Shown here one piece after another: positions 30,837 through 40,993 of a stretch of 64,000 nt of DNA (its first letter is position 1; each line of letters opens with the position of its first letter). This DNA comes from Flavobacterium sp. (GTDB lineage Bacteria > Bacteroidota > Bacteroidia > Flavobacteriales > Flavobacteriaceae), in contig DAOOOV010000013.1 in NCBI GenBank assembly GCA_035387925.1, forward strand, positions 182 to 64,181, written 5' to 3'. The position numbers were made by a program, and so were the translations under genes. The notes beneath the pieces are model-generated. The model was not told the origin of the DNA. It worked only from the letters and a program-made list of their open reading frames with translations, and did not search any database.

Positions 30837-33124
30837 TTCGGTTCTTGTCGATTTTGATGGTACTTTTGACGATTTCGGTCGGCTCGGCGCAGCAGGTTGA
30901 AACGGCTGACATTTCCTACCAGTCTGCCAATCTGAGCAAAGTGCTCGCGGATGCAGAATCGGCTTACCAAATCAAGTATTCCTACATCGACAGCATCGTG
31001 GCGCCTAAAAGCATCACGCTTGCCGCCGGTAAATACACGCCCGATTCGCTTCACAGCCAAATTGCGCAACAAAGTGGGCTTACGATTGTAAAGATCGATT
31101 CTCGTTACTATTCTGTTTACGACGATACACAAACGGTGCGGCAGGAATGGCTCAAGGAAATCCTTGTAGAAGGACTGCTTTCTAAAGGCATCAGCAAAAC
31201 CGGTGAAAAAGTGGTGATTTCCCCGCAAAAACTAGAAGCGTTGCCAGGCGTGACCGATGCCGATATTTTATTTTCGCTCCAACAGTTGCCCGGTGTGAAA
31301 AGCCCCAATGAAACAGCCAGCGGATTGCATGTGCGCGGCGGAACGTCTGACCAGAACCTGATCCTTTGGGACGGCATCCGCATGTACCATCCGGGTCATT
31401 TGTTTGGGATGATTTCTGGTTTCAATCCCAATGCTGTGGATGCGGTGCATTTTTACAACAAGGCTACCGATGCCAGATTCGGGGAACGGATTTCAAGTGT
31501 CATTGATATTAAAACCTCCGACAAAATCCCACAGCAATTCCAGGCCAATGCCGGACTAAACGCACTCAACGGAGATCTTGATGTGCGCGTTCCAATCCTA
31601 AAAGACAAATTGTCCATCGAACTCTCGGGTAGGAAATCATATACAGAGTGGCTGCAGACACCCACGTTTGACGCGTTGGCCAAAAAGGTTTTCCAGCATA
31701 CGAATTTCAAGGATTTCAACAATAGCAATCATTTTGATTTTGAGGATTATTCGGCTAAAGTCAATTACCGTCCTTTTAAAGATACCAAGATTGCATTTAC
31801 TTCAATCCTTATCGACAATTACCTTGATTTCAGTAGTGTTGCGCCAGGCGATGGGCCGCGGAACCAGAGAATGGATATTTTTAATCAGGGTTACAGCGCC
31901 AACTGGAGCCAAAAGTATGGAGCCAAATGGCGCCAGAACGTATTGCTGTATTACTCGGCTTACACCTTCAATTACCTGCGCAGGCAAGACTACACTTTGA
32001 ATCGGTTTGACGAATACGACAAGCGCAACCGCATCACCGATTCTGGGCTTGAGGCCAATTTTAACTATCGTTTCACTTCCAGCCTCCAGCTCGATTTTGG
32101 CTATCAGCATATGGGCAATGACCTTTCGCATTCGTTTACCGCACGCAATCAGGGATTTGAGATCGACCTCGACAACAAACGCCTTCTCAATGTTACCCAA
32201 GTGGGTTATCTACAGGCCAGTTACCATTGGCATCAGTGGGATTTCAGGGCTGGTGCGCGCTACAATTATTATCGCGCGTTGCAGGCCAATAGTGTCGAGC
32301 CGCGCCTGTTTGTGCAAAGACGGTTGGGCAGGCGACTCGTCTGGCAAGCCACTTACGAGAAAAAGAGCCAGATCATGAACCAAATCCGCGAAAGCGTTAC
32401 CAATGAGTTGAGCCTTGAGAATTATGTGTGGTTGCTGTCGGATGGTAAGCAGTATCCGATTCAACGCGCGAGCCAACTCAGCAGCGGGCTGATCTACAAA
32501 ACCAAGTCGTGGCTCATCGATGCTGATGCTTATTACAAACAAACCCAAGGCATCACGTCTTTGGCATTTGGGTCGCTGTACCGTTATGATACTGCCATAC
32601 GAAACGGGAAGAATTTCACCAAGGGAATTGACTTGCTGATCCAGAAGACGGCTGCAGACTGGCGCGCGTGGATCAACTATACGTATCAGGATTCGCAACA
32701 GCGATTCGATGGGTTCAATGGCGATGCTTATTTTGCGTCGAATGCCTCGATTTGGCATGCGTTTAATTTGTCGGTTTACAAAAAATGGAACAGATATGCT
32801 TTGGCTGTCGGCTGGAACTGGCATACCGGAAAACCTTACAGCGTGCTCGATGCCGATGGAAATGTGGTTTCACTCAATAAAGAGCGGCTGCCCCATTATC
32901 ATAGGTTGGATATTTCGGGAACCTATCAATTCCGGGAAGCGAAAAACTGGTCGGGGAAAATCGGGTTTTCTGTGCTCAACGCATACAACCAGCGAATCGT
33001 AATCAGCAAAGAGTATGAAAGAATTACTACAACCATCAACGAAGTACAGGATTTCAGGTACTCCGTCAGGGATTTTTATGCTTTGGGTTTTACGCCGAAC
33101 CTTTTTATTCGCGTCAACCTATAA
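30833..33124 (+). CDS. TonB-dependent receptor with N-terminal STN-like signalling domain
   Basis: Signal peptide, STN-like segment, plug LQQLPGV...VRGGTSDQNLILWDG, beta-barrel, C-terminal GFTPNLFIRVNL; ATG overlaps the fecR stop. Confidence 0.9.
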   Translation: MIRFLSILMVLLTISVGSAQQVETADISYQSANLSKVLADAESAYQIKYSYIDSIVAPKSITLAAGKYTPDSLHSQIAQQSGLTIVKIDSRYYSVYDDTQTVRQEWLKEILVEGLLSKGISKTGEKVVISPQKLEALPGVTDADILFSLQQLPGVKSPNETASGLHVRGGTSDQNLILWDGIRMYHPGHLFGMISGFNPNAVDAVHFYNKATDARFGERISSVIDIKTSDKIPQQFQANAGLNALNGDLDVRVPILKDKLSIELSGRKSYTEWLQTPTFDALAKKVFQHTNFKDFNNSNHFDFEDYSAKVNYRPFKDTKIAFTSILIDNYLDFSSVAPGDGPRNQRMDIFNQGYSANWSQKYGAKWRQNVLLYYSAYTFNYLRRQDYTLNRFDEYDKRNRITDSGLEANFNYRFTSSLQLDFGYQHMGNDLSHSFTARNQGFEIDLDNKRLLNVTQVGYLQASYHWHQWDFRAGARYNYYRALQANSVEPRLFVQRRLGRRLVWQATYEKKSQIMNQIRESVTNELSLENYVWLLSDGKQYPIQRASQLSSGLIYKTKSWLIDADAYYKQTQGITSLAFGSLYRYDTAIRNGKNFTKGIDLLIQKTAADWRAWINYTYQDSQQRFDGFNGDAYFASNASIWHAFNLSVYKKWNRYALAVGWNWHTGKPYSVLDADGNVVSLNKERLPHYHRLDISGTYQFREAKNWSGKIGFSVLNAYNQRIVISKEYERITTTINEVQDFRYSVRDFYALGFTPNLFIRVNL

Positions 33125-33161
33125 AAAAATCCTAACTTTCGGCTGGGATTCGTTTGATTAT

Positions 33162-33539
33162 TTATTTCAGGATGTGCTGGCTTAGAATGCGATACACTTC
33201 ATTGATGTTGTTGCCGCCTTTCCCGAATTGTTTCTTGATGGGCAATTCCTCGTCCTTGATCCAGATTTTGAGTTCGGCATCAAGGTCAAGCAATCCGGCG
33301 CTTTCCTTTGAGAATTTAATGACATTGCCGTAAGGTATTGACAGGTAATCGACCTTTGTTCCTACAAGTTGCTTTTCTACCAATATCAATCGTTTATTGG
33401 TGAAAATGAACATGTCCTTGATTACTTTGTAAGCTTTCTCGATATTCTCGCCATCGATGATGATGGGTTCGAATTCTTTTTTGATGTCGTCGAGGTTGAC
33501 CTCAGAGGCGTTTCCTAAAATGGCGTTGAATATTCCCAT
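33162..33539 (-). CDS. Bacterial PH domain-containing protein (bPH_1/YjqA-like)
   Basis: DMFIFTNKRLILVEKQ...DYLSIPY...ESAGLLDLDAELKIWI. Confidence 0.88.
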   Translation of the reverse strand: MGIFNAILGNASEVNLDDIKKEFEPIIIDGENIEKAYKVIKDMFIFTNKRLILVEKQLVGTKVDYLSIPYGNVIKFSKESAGLLDLDAELKIWIKDEELPIKKQFGKGGNNINEVYRILSQHILK

Positions 33540-33650
33540 GTTGATGTATAATTGGTTTGAGGTTCAAAATTAATTCAAATCGATGGGGAAGCGACAGAAA
33601 TTTTACTATTTTTAACGTATCAACTAAACGCCAATTAAAATTTCTACGCC

Positions 33651-35186
33651 ATGCTCATCAAAATCTTTGGCAGCGCCGTTTTCGGTGTCGAAGCTACCAC
33701 CATCACCATCGAAGTCAACATTGACAAAGGTATCGGGTACCACCTCGTCGGGCTCCCAGACAATGCTATCAAAGAAAGCAGTTACCGCATTGCCGCTGCG
33801 CTCAAGAACAACGGGTTTTCGATGCCCGGAAAAAAAATCACCATCAATATGGCGCCCGCCGATCTCAGAAAGGAAGGTTCGGCCTATGACTTGCCGCTCG
33901 CCATTGGTATCCTTGCCGGCTCGGGACAGATCAAATCCGATGCAGTTGCCGACTACCTCATTATGGGCGAACTCTCGCTAGACGGCAGCCTGCAGCCCAT
34001 CAAAGGCGCGCTGCCCATCGCCATCAAGGCCAAACACGAAGGATTCAAGGGATTTTTCCTGCCCATGCAGAATGCCAAGGAAGCGGCCATCGTCGCCGGA
34101 TTAGACGTTTATGGCGTCGAGAACCTGCAGGAAGTAATTTCATTTTTCGACGGCAAATCCACGATCGAGCCCTTAGTAATCGACACCCGCGCCGAATTCT
34201 ACAAAACGATTGATTGCTGCGAGAACGATTTCTCGGATGTCAAAGGGCAGGAAAGCATCAAGCGCTGTATGGAAATTGCTGCAGCGGGCGGGCACAACAT
34301 CATCTTGGTGGGGCCGCCGGGCGCCGGGAAAACCATGCTCGCCAAACGCTTGCCCGGCATATTGCCTCCCATGACGTTGCGCGAGGCGCTCGAAACCACC
34401 AAAATCCACAGCGTGGCCGGAAAATTAAAAGAAGTGGGGCTCATGAACCAACGCCCGTTTCGCAGTCCGCACCATACCATATCCAATGTCGCGCTCGTAG
34501 GCGGCGGCAGCTACCCGCAACCCGGTGAAATCTCTATGGCGCACAACGGCGTGCTGTTTCTGGATGAACTGCCCGAGTTCAAACGCGAAGTACTCGAGGT
34601 GATGCGCCAACCGCTCGAAGACCGAGAAGTCACGATTTCACGCGCCAAATTCACCGTAACTTATCCGTCGTCGTTTATGCTCGTAGCCAGCATGAACCCA
34701 AGCCCGGGCGGTTTCTTTAACGATGCCGATGCGCCGGTGACCAGTTCGCCGCACGAGATGCAACGGTATTTGAACAAAATTTCGGGGCCGTTGCTCGACC
34801 GCATCGACATTCATATAGAAGTAACGCCGGTGCCATTTGAGAAACTGTCTGATGAACGCCAGTCAGAAAACAGCGCACAAATCCGCGAAAGGGTTACCAA
34901 AGCCAGAGAAATCCAGTCCAATCGGTTTGCAGAAATGGAGTCGGTCAACTATAATGCGCAAATGGGCAGCAAATTGATCCGTGACCATTGCAGGCTCGAC
35001 ACGGTTTCACTACAATTGCTCAAAACCGCTATGGAACGGCTTAACCTGTCGGCACGTGCCTATGACAGGATTTTAAAGGTGTCCCGCACAATCGCCGACC
35101 TCGAAGGCAGTGAAAATATCGGACCCAACCACATCGGCGAGGCCATCCAATACCGCAGTCTGGATCGCGAAGGCTGGCTCGGCTGA
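33651..35186 (+). CDS. comM: YifB/ComM family Mg-chelatase-like AAA+ ATPase
   Basis: [62 protein letters not shown]. Confidence 0.93.
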   Translation: MLIKIFGSAVFGVEATTITIEVNIDKGIGYHLVGLPDNAIKESSYRIAAALKNNGFSMPGKKITINMAPADLRKEGSAYDLPLAIGILAGSGQIKSDAVADYLIMGELSLDGSLQPIKGALPIAIKAKHEGFKGFFLPMQNAKEAAIVAGLDVYGVENLQEVISFFDGKSTIEPLVIDTRAEFYKTIDCCENDFSDVKGQESIKRCMEIAAAGGHNIILVGPPGAGKTMLAKRLPGILPPMTLREALETTKIHSVAGKLKEVGLMNQRPFRSPHHTISNVALVGGGSYPQPGEISMAHNGVLFLDELPEFKREVLEVMRQPLEDREVTISRAKFTVTYPSSFMLVASMNPSPGGFFNDADAPVTSSPHEMQRYLNKISGPLLDRIDIHIEVTPVPFEKLSDERQSENSAQIRERVTKAREIQSNRFAEMESVNYNAQMGSKLIRDHCRLDTVSLQLLKTAMERLNLSARAYDRILKVSRTIADLEGSENIGPNHIGEAIQYRSLDREGWLG

Positions 35187-35231
35187 CCAAAAACATCAGT
35201 TATCCATTATCAATTAAATTAGACGTGTCCC

Positions 35232-35311
35232 TGCGGGCCGGGCTGTACGCTCTATCTTTCGCGGCTTGCTGCGCTGCGCCGCAAAAGGATGCCGCTGCCA
35301 TCCCTCACGCG
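35232..35311 (+). repeat. Flavo-1-like structured intergenic repeat
   Basis: GCGGGCCGGGCTGTACGCTCTATCTTT-hairpin-AAAAGGATGCCGCTGCCATCCCTCACGC. Confidence 0.75.
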
Positions 35312-35399
35312 CATCCGTATGTTAATAGGCATTTTAGGACACGATTTTGGTTCGGGTTTTCAGAATCAATTCGTATTTTTGGAATCCTAATACCAACTC

Positions 35400-36158
35400 A
35401 TGAAGATCGTTATTTCTCCAGCCAAATCGCTCGATTATGAAACGCCGTTGCCTACCCAACGGCACACGACGGCCAAGTTCCTTAAAGACAGCCGCGTCAT
35501 CCACAAAGTTCTTAAAAAGAAAAAGCCCAAGGAACTGATGGGACTTATGGATATCTCAGACAAGTTGGCCGATCTCAATTGGCAACGCAACAAAGCCTGG
35601 AAAACGCCATTCACTGCAGCAAATGCACGTCCGGCGTTGTACGCTTTTGCAGGCGATGTGTATATCGGATTGGATTCGTATACGATTCCCGAAGACCAAC
35701 TCGACCGTTTGCAAGACAGCTTAAGGATTCTTTCGGGATTGTACGGCTTGCTCAAACCGCTGGATTTAATCCAACCGTACCGCCTGGAAATGGGCACCGA
35801 TTTGCCTGTTGGCGAGCACAAAAACCTATACGCGTACTGGAAACCCAAACTTACTGCCGCGCTCAACAAAGAACTCAAAAAAAAGGAGTTGTTTGTGAAT
35901 CTGGCGAGCAACGAGTACTTTTCGGCTATCGATGCCAAGGCTTTGAAGGTTCCGGTGATCACACCAGAATTCCTGGATATGAAAGACGGCAAGCTCAAGA
36001 TGATTAGTTTCTTTGCCAAAAAGGCGCGCGGCCTGATGGTGCGTTACATCATCGATACCCGCGCCGAGACTATTGACGATTTGAAAGGCTTCAATTATGA
36101 CGGTTACCGCTTTGATGCCAACCTGTCTAAAGGCAATAAATTGGTTTTCACGCGATGA
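35400..36158 (+). CDS. yaaA: Peroxide stress protein YaaA
   Basis: MKIVISPAKSLD, ILSGLYGLLKPLD..PYRLEMG, NLASNEY, SFFAKKARG. Confidence 0.96.
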   Translation: MKIVISPAKSLDYETPLPTQRHTTAKFLKDSRVIHKVLKKKKPKELMGLMDISDKLADLNWQRNKAWKTPFTAANARPALYAFAGDVYIGLDSYTIPEDQLDRLQDSLRILSGLYGLLKPLDLIQPYRLEMGTDLPVGEHKNLYAYWKPKLTAALNKELKKKELFVNLASNEYFSAIDAKALKVPVITPEFLDMKDGKLKMISFFAKKARGLMVRYIIDTRAETIDDLKGFNYDGYRFDANLSKGNKLVFTR

Positions 36159-36232
36159 ATTAACGCAATGTTAATTTTAGATGACATACCCCTGAAATTA
36201 TTACATTTACCCACTATTAAAAAACAACCATA

Positions 36233-37408
36233 ATGATTAAGAAAAGTCTACTTCTCGCCGGAATGTTTTGTACAATGAGCCTGTTTGCGCAGGATGAACT
36301 CATCAAAAAGGTTATCGGCAACGCCTCATTGAATTCTAAATTTGTGTTTAAGGAAACCTTGAATCTCGAGCGTACGTCGGTAAAAAACCAAGGTTCTGCA
36401 GGTACTTGCTGGAGCTATTCTGGGAATTCTTTCATCGAGTCAGAAATGATTAAAAACGGGAAGAAACCCGTGGATTTGGCCGAGATTTTTACCGCTCGAA
36501 ATGTTTATCTGGGAAAAGCCAGGAATTATATCCTCATGAACGGCAATATGGGGCTTGGTGATGGCGGCGAAACACATGACGTGGTCAATATGATCAAGAA
36601 ATACGGAGCCATGCCGCAATCTGCCTATACTATGGAAGATTATGGGAAAGGCTCGGTTAAGTCAGACGAGTTCCAAGCGGGCCTCAAAGCCATCCTGGAT
36701 GCCTATCTCAAGAATGAAGACAAGAACAAAGGAATTTCGTGGGTGAAGGATGTCAACGATTATATGGATCAAAAGTTTGGTAAGGTGCCGGAGACGTTTG
36801 TCTATAACGGAAAAACCTACACGCCCAAATCGTTCGCTAAAGAAGTCGTGGGCATCAATCCAAGTGACTATATGGAATTTTCCTCTTATAAAGACAGCCC
36901 GTATTACGAGAGGATTGTCTTGCCTGTTTCTGATAACTGGAGCTATGACTGGTTGTACAACGTGCCCATGGCCGAATTGACCGACATCATTGACAATGCA
37001 CTCGCCAAAGGCTACACCGTTGCTTGGGGAACCGACGTTTCCGAGCCGTATTTTAGCTGGAAAAATGGCGTAGCACAAGTGCCCAATATGGATTTGAACA
37101 ACATCACTCCCGAACAAAAAAAGACACTTTTCGATGGGCCAACCCAGGAAAAAGTGATCAGCGAGGATTTGCGTCTGGAAGGGTTGTACAGTTTAACAAC
37201 CACCGATGACCATGCCATGCAGATTGTAGGCAAGGCGACCGACCAAAACGGAAAAGAATACTACAAGATTAAAAACTCCTGGGGCGAATCTAACGATTAC
37301 AAAGGATATATGTACGTGACCAAAACTTTCGTACAGCTAAAATCAACCGGTATTTTGGTTAACAAAGGCGGCGTGCCCAAAGCAATCAAAAGTAAATTGC
37401 AATCCTAG
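36233..37408 (+). CDS. pepC: Secreted C1B family cysteine aminopeptidase (PepC/bleomycin-hydrolase-like)
   Basis: QGSAGTCWSYS (catalytic Cys), DDHAMQIVG (His), KIKNSWG (Asn); signal peptide. Confidence 0.88.
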   Translation: MIKKSLLLAGMFCTMSLFAQDELIKKVIGNASLNSKFVFKETLNLERTSVKNQGSAGTCWSYSGNSFIESEMIKNGKKPVDLAEIFTARNVYLGKARNYILMNGNMGLGDGGETHDVVNMIKKYGAMPQSAYTMEDYGKGSVKSDEFQAGLKAILDAYLKNEDKNKGISWVKDVNDYMDQKFGKVPETFVYNGKTYTPKSFAKEVVGINPSDYMEFSSYKDSPYYERIVLPVSDNWSYDWLYNVPMAELTDIIDNALAKGYTVAWGTDVSEPYFSWKNGVAQVPNMDLNNITPEQKKTLFDGPTQEKVISEDLRLEGLYSLTTTDDHAMQIVGKATDQNGKEYYKIKNSWGESNDYKGYMYVTKTFVQLKSTGILVNKGGVPKAIKSKLQS

Positions 37409-37460
37409 TATAGCAAGATCCGAGTATTCGCGAATCGATACGCAAAACAAATTCCCCATC

Positions 37461-37495
37461 AAAAAAAAAATCCCGCTCGAAGCGGGATTTTTTTT
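37461..37495. terminator. Bidirectional terminator
   Basis: A10-TCCCGC-tcgaa-GCGGGA-T8. Confidence 0.85.
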
Positions 37496-37502
37496 GGTTT
37501 TT

Positions 37503-37844
37503 TTATTCAAAATCTTCATAAAGTCGTAAAGTTTCTGTGGTCGTTTTGCGCTGGTTGAGTGACAATTCGCGCATGGCTTCGACCCCGTTTTTGGCGGTGC
37601 GGTTTATTTTTTTGAGCCTGGCCGAAAAATCTTCAAGTTTGCTGGCATCGCTGCTGCTGAGTTTGTTTTTGAGCTCTTCGGCAAATTCAAGAAATTCGGG
37701 AACAACCGTGCTGTTCGCCTCATAATCCGACTTGAGGTCCTCGAATGACTCCCTGATCTCTTTACTCAAATCATTAGAGAAGTATTCACTTTTGCTTCTA
37801 AATTCCTCAAGCATTCTCTTGGTGTTATTTCTAAAAAAGCCCAT
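37503..37844 (-). CDS. Hypothetical helical protein
   Basis: 113 aa ORF with an AT-rich upstream region, ending at a terminator; no motif recognised. Confidence 0.65.
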   Translation of the reverse strand: MGFFRNNTKRMLEEFRSKSEYFSNDLSKEIRESFEDLKSDYEANSTVVPEFLEFAEELKNKLSSSDASKLEDFSARLKKINRTAKNGVEAMRELSLNQRKTTTETLRLYEDFE

Positions 37845-37930
37845 AATCTTCTAAATAGGTTAGGTTTAACTTGTTTGAAATCAATCAAATATAAGGATTT
37901 ATTTTGAAGATGGGTGATTTGTTGATAATT

Positions 37931-38087
37931 TGGACACGCTTTGCTTTAGACACGGCTGCGCCTTTAGACACGCTTCGCTTTAGACAAAAAAAGACGGAAA
38001 ATCGACTGTTTCCGGTTTATAATTAATTTTCGAGTTATTCGGTTTCAGTCTACAGCCCACAGGGCGTGTCCAAAGCGCAGCGTGTCT
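37931..38087. repeat. REP-like inverted array of AGACACGCTGCGCTTT units (copy 2)
   Basis: Direct units at 37931-37985 and inverted units at 38048-38087; the inverted arm is nearly identical to 12892-12932. Confidence 0.8.
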
Positions 38088-38089
38088 TC

Positions 38090-39682
38090 TTAGTGCATCG
38101 CATCCGCCGGATTAACCTTCGATTTCCCTTTCCTAATAAACAGAATCACCGGAATACAACACAAAAACATAATGCCGAGGTACATAAAAATGTCCATATA
38201 CGACAACACCGTACTTTGTTTCATCACGCCATAATCCAACGCTTGGTAAGCTTTACCGAGTGCTTCATTTGGCGAAAATCCTTTAGCCATAAAACCCTGT
38301 TGCATTTGCGCCACGCGCTGTTGTACTTCGAGTTTCGAGGTGTCGAGATGCGAAACCAAATTCACGCGGTGTTCCTGGGTAAAACGCGTAATAAACGTCG
38401 TGATGATGGCAATCCCGAAAGAACCGCCCAACTGTCGCATCATCCCGGTAAACGCCGCGCCTTCGCCGATGCTTTTCCCTTTTAGGGTAGACAAGGCCAT
38501 CGTCGTAATCGGGACAAAAAGCAAGCCGAGTCCGATGCCACGCAAAATCAACGGCCAAAACAAATGTTCGGCGCCGGTGTCTGGTGTCATCACTTCATGC
38601 ATCCAAAACGTAAAGCCAAAAAAGATCAAAAAGCCTATCGCTACCAAATAAGCCTGCGGTACGCCTTTCTGGATCAGGTTTCCGATAATCGGCATCATAA
38701 ACGCCGTGGTAATCGATCCGGGAATCAGAAGCAAACCCGATTGGGTAGCGGTCCAGCCCAAAATCTGTTGCGTGTAAATGGGGATGACGAGCGTGGATCC
38801 GTACAGTCCAAATCCGAGAATAAAGCACATGAGCGTGCCAATGCGCAAATTGGCATCCTTCAACACCTTAAGGTTTACCACGGGATATTCATAAGTCATT
38901 TCGCGCCAGATGAACGCCAACAACCCAAAGACGGTAACGACGCTCAAAACCACAATCAGCGGTTCATTAAACCAATCGTCCTGCTGGCCGTGTTCGAGCA
39001 CAAATTGAAGCGAACCGATGAAAGAGGCCAGGAAAAAAATGCCCCACCAATCTACCTGGTTGGCCTTGAGTTTTTCCCCGTATTTTGGGCTTTTTACAAA
39101 CGTAATGGTCAGGAAAGTCGCAATAATCCCCAGCGGAATGTTGATGTAAAAGATATACGGCCACGAAAAATTATCGGTGAGGTAACCACCCAAAGGCGGA
39201 CCCAAAGTAGGGCCAACTATAACGCCCATCCCGTAAATGGCCTGCGCCATCCCGCGTTTGGCTACCGGATAACTCTCGGTAATAATGGTCTGCGCGGTCA
39301 CGAGCAACGCGCCGCCGCCAAGTCCTTGTATGAACCTGAAAGCCACGAGTTCCCAGATATTGTCGGCGTTGCCACAAAGAAAAGAGGAGACCGTAAAAAT
39401 GATGATCGACACCGCAAAATAATTGCGCCGTCCAAACTGCTGTGAGAGCCAACTCGTCATCGGGATTACGATCACATTGGCAATCGCATAAGACGTAATC
39501 ACCCAAGCCACGTCGGTTAAGGTTGCGCCTAGGCTGCCGCGCATATCGGTGAGCGCCACGTTCACGATGGTCGTATCCACAATCTCAAGCAAAGCACACA
39601 TCACCGCGGTAATCGTAATGATGACGCGCCTAAAGCCGTATTCTACCAAATCATCTTCGGGCGCTGTTATTGCTGCTGCCAT
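38090..39682 (-). CDS. emrB: DHA2 family MFS efflux permease (EmrB-like)
   Basis: LEIVDTTIVNVAL, GPTLGPPLGG, WPYIFYINIPLG, 14-TM pattern. Confidence 0.92.
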   Translation of the reverse strand: MAAAITAPEDDLVEYGFRRVIITITAVMCALLEIVDTTIVNVALTDMRGSLGATLTDVAWVITSYAIANVIVIPMTSWLSQQFGRRNYFAVSIIIFTVSSFLCGNADNIWELVAFRFIQGLGGGALLVTAQTIITESYPVAKRGMAQAIYGMGVIVGPTLGPPLGGYLTDNFSWPYIFYINIPLGIIATFLTITFVKSPKYGEKLKANQVDWWGIFFLASFIGSLQFVLEHGQQDDWFNEPLIVVLSVVTVFGLLAFIWREMTYEYPVVNLKVLKDANLRIGTLMCFILGFGLYGSTLVIPIYTQQILGWTATQSGLLLIPGSITTAFMMPIIGNLIQKGVPQAYLVAIGFLIFFGFTFWMHEVMTPDTGAEHLFWPLILRGIGLGLLFVPITTMALSTLKGKSIGEGAAFTGMMRQLGGSFGIAIITTFITRFTQEHRVNLVSHLDTSKLEVQQRVAQMQQGFMAKGFSPNEALGKAYQALDYGVMKQSTVLSYMDIFMYLGIMFLCCIPVILFIRKGKSKVNPADAMH

Positions 39683-39712
39683 TTATTTTGTTTCAAGAAT
39701 TAATATTTTTTA

Positions 39713-39799
39713 GGAGCCGGGAACCTGCTGTCCGCTCTATCTTTTGTCCGCTAAAGAAGCGGAACAAAAGGATGCCGCGTCCATCAGGGCTAGGGCTCC
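39713..39799 (+). repeat. Flavo-1-like structured intergenic repeat
   Basis: GCTGTCCGCTCTATCTTTTG-(CCGCT..AGCGG)-CAAAAGGATGCCGCGTCCATC within a GGAGCC/GGCTCC closing stem. Confidence 0.75.
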
Positions 39800-39810
39800 G
39801 GTTTCCGGAA

Positions 39811-39892
39811 CTTCAATATTCGTTGTTCGTTAATCAACATTCAAACTTCGCAAAATCTTGAACAACGAAGTTTGAACAATACAATATTGAAG
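39811..39892. repeat. Heptamer-based inverted-repeat element (CAACATT/CGTTGTT family)
   Basis: CTTCAATATT...AATATTGAAG and TTCAAACTTCG/CGAAGTTTGAA arms. Confidence 0.65.
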
Positions 39893-39906
39893 TTAGGATT
39901 TCGTGC

Positions 39907-40986
39907 TTATTTCAAGTGAACGTCAACATCCGCATTCATCCCCGCACGCAACAACTTGATTTTCTCCACGTCATTGTTCGCATCCAAGCTGATTTTTACC
40001 GGAAGCCTTTGTATGGTTTTCACAAAATTCCCTGTCGCGTTATCAGGCGGCAATAGTGAAAACCGCGAACCCGTTGCCGGCGAAAACGAAGCTACCGTCC
40101 CTTGAAATTCGGTATCGGGATACGCATCCACCTTGATCGATACTTTCTGCCCAACCACCATCTTATTGAGTTGCGTTTCCTTGAAATTGGCAATCACCCA
40201 AGCTTCTTTGTTGTTGATGATGTAAAACAATGACTGTCCCGGCTGGATGAATTGCCCCGGCTGGATCCCGATTTTAGAAACCTGCCCGTCGGTAGAAGCC
40301 GTCACGACCGTGTACCCCAGGTTGAGCTGGGCGGCTTCGAGCGCGGCCTTGGCCCGGTTGATATTGGCGGCGGCCACCTCGGTCTGTTTGCTCGTCACAT
40401 TCGATTTGGCCACCACCACCGATTTCTGGTAGGCACTGGCTTTTTCCTGCTGCTGTAAAATGCGGAGCTGGCTTTCGGCTTCCTGCTTGGCGGCAAGCGC
40501 TTGTTCGTATTGCTGTTTGGTGATCGAGTGGTTTTTGTAAAGGTTGTTGTAGCGCTCATAATCAGCTGCGGCACGTCCCAAACGGATTTTCGCGGTTTCA
40601 ATATTGCCACCCGCCGACAATACATTGGCCGACGAGACGGCAATATTCGCGGTGGCGCTGCCCACGTCGGCTTTAGACACTTCGTAACTGCCTTGGGCGG
40701 CCACGAGTGCGGCTTTGGCGTCCTCGAGTTTCACAGCGTAATCCTTATCGTCTATGGTGAAAAGCGTGTCGCCTTGTTTGACGAAATCATTGTCCTTGAC
40801 ATAGACTTTGGTTATGTAACCCGCCACACGAGGAATGATGGGATTCATGTTCTTTTCAATCTGCGCATCGTCGGTGCCTTCGTGAGCGAGCGAGTGCACG
40901 TATTTGTAGATTCCGTAGGTTCCGCCAGCGAGAATCAATACGGCGAAAATCAAGAGGAACTTTTTGTTGGTTTTTTTCTTTTCCAT
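39907..40986 (-). CDS. emrA: HlyD family membrane fusion protein (EmrA-like)
   Basis: TDDAQI, PATGSRFSLLPPDNATGNFVKTIQRLPVKI; ATG at 40986. Confidence 0.92.
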   Translation of the reverse strand: MEKKKTNKKFLLIFAVLILAGGTYGIYKYVHSLAHEGTDDAQIEKNMNPIIPRVAGYITKVYVKDNDFVKQGDTLFTIDDKDYAVKLEDAKAALVAAQGSYEVSKADVGSATANIAVSSANVLSAGGNIETAKIRLGRAAADYERYNNLYKNHSITKQQYEQALAAKQEAESQLRILQQQEKASAYQKSVVVAKSNVTSKQTEVAAANINRAKAALEAAQLNLGYTVVTASTDGQVSKIGIQPGQFIQPGQSLFYIINNKEAWVIANFKETQLNKMVVGQKVSIKVDAYPDTEFQGTVASFSPATGSRFSLLPPDNATGNFVKTIQRLPVKISLDANNDVEKIKLLRAGMNADVDVHLK

Positions 40987-40993
40987 GGTAAAA

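Noticed and set aside
33651-35186. ComM/YifB ATPase as evidence of a competence or Mg-chelatase system
   Set aside because: Widespread single gene; no partner genes in the window.
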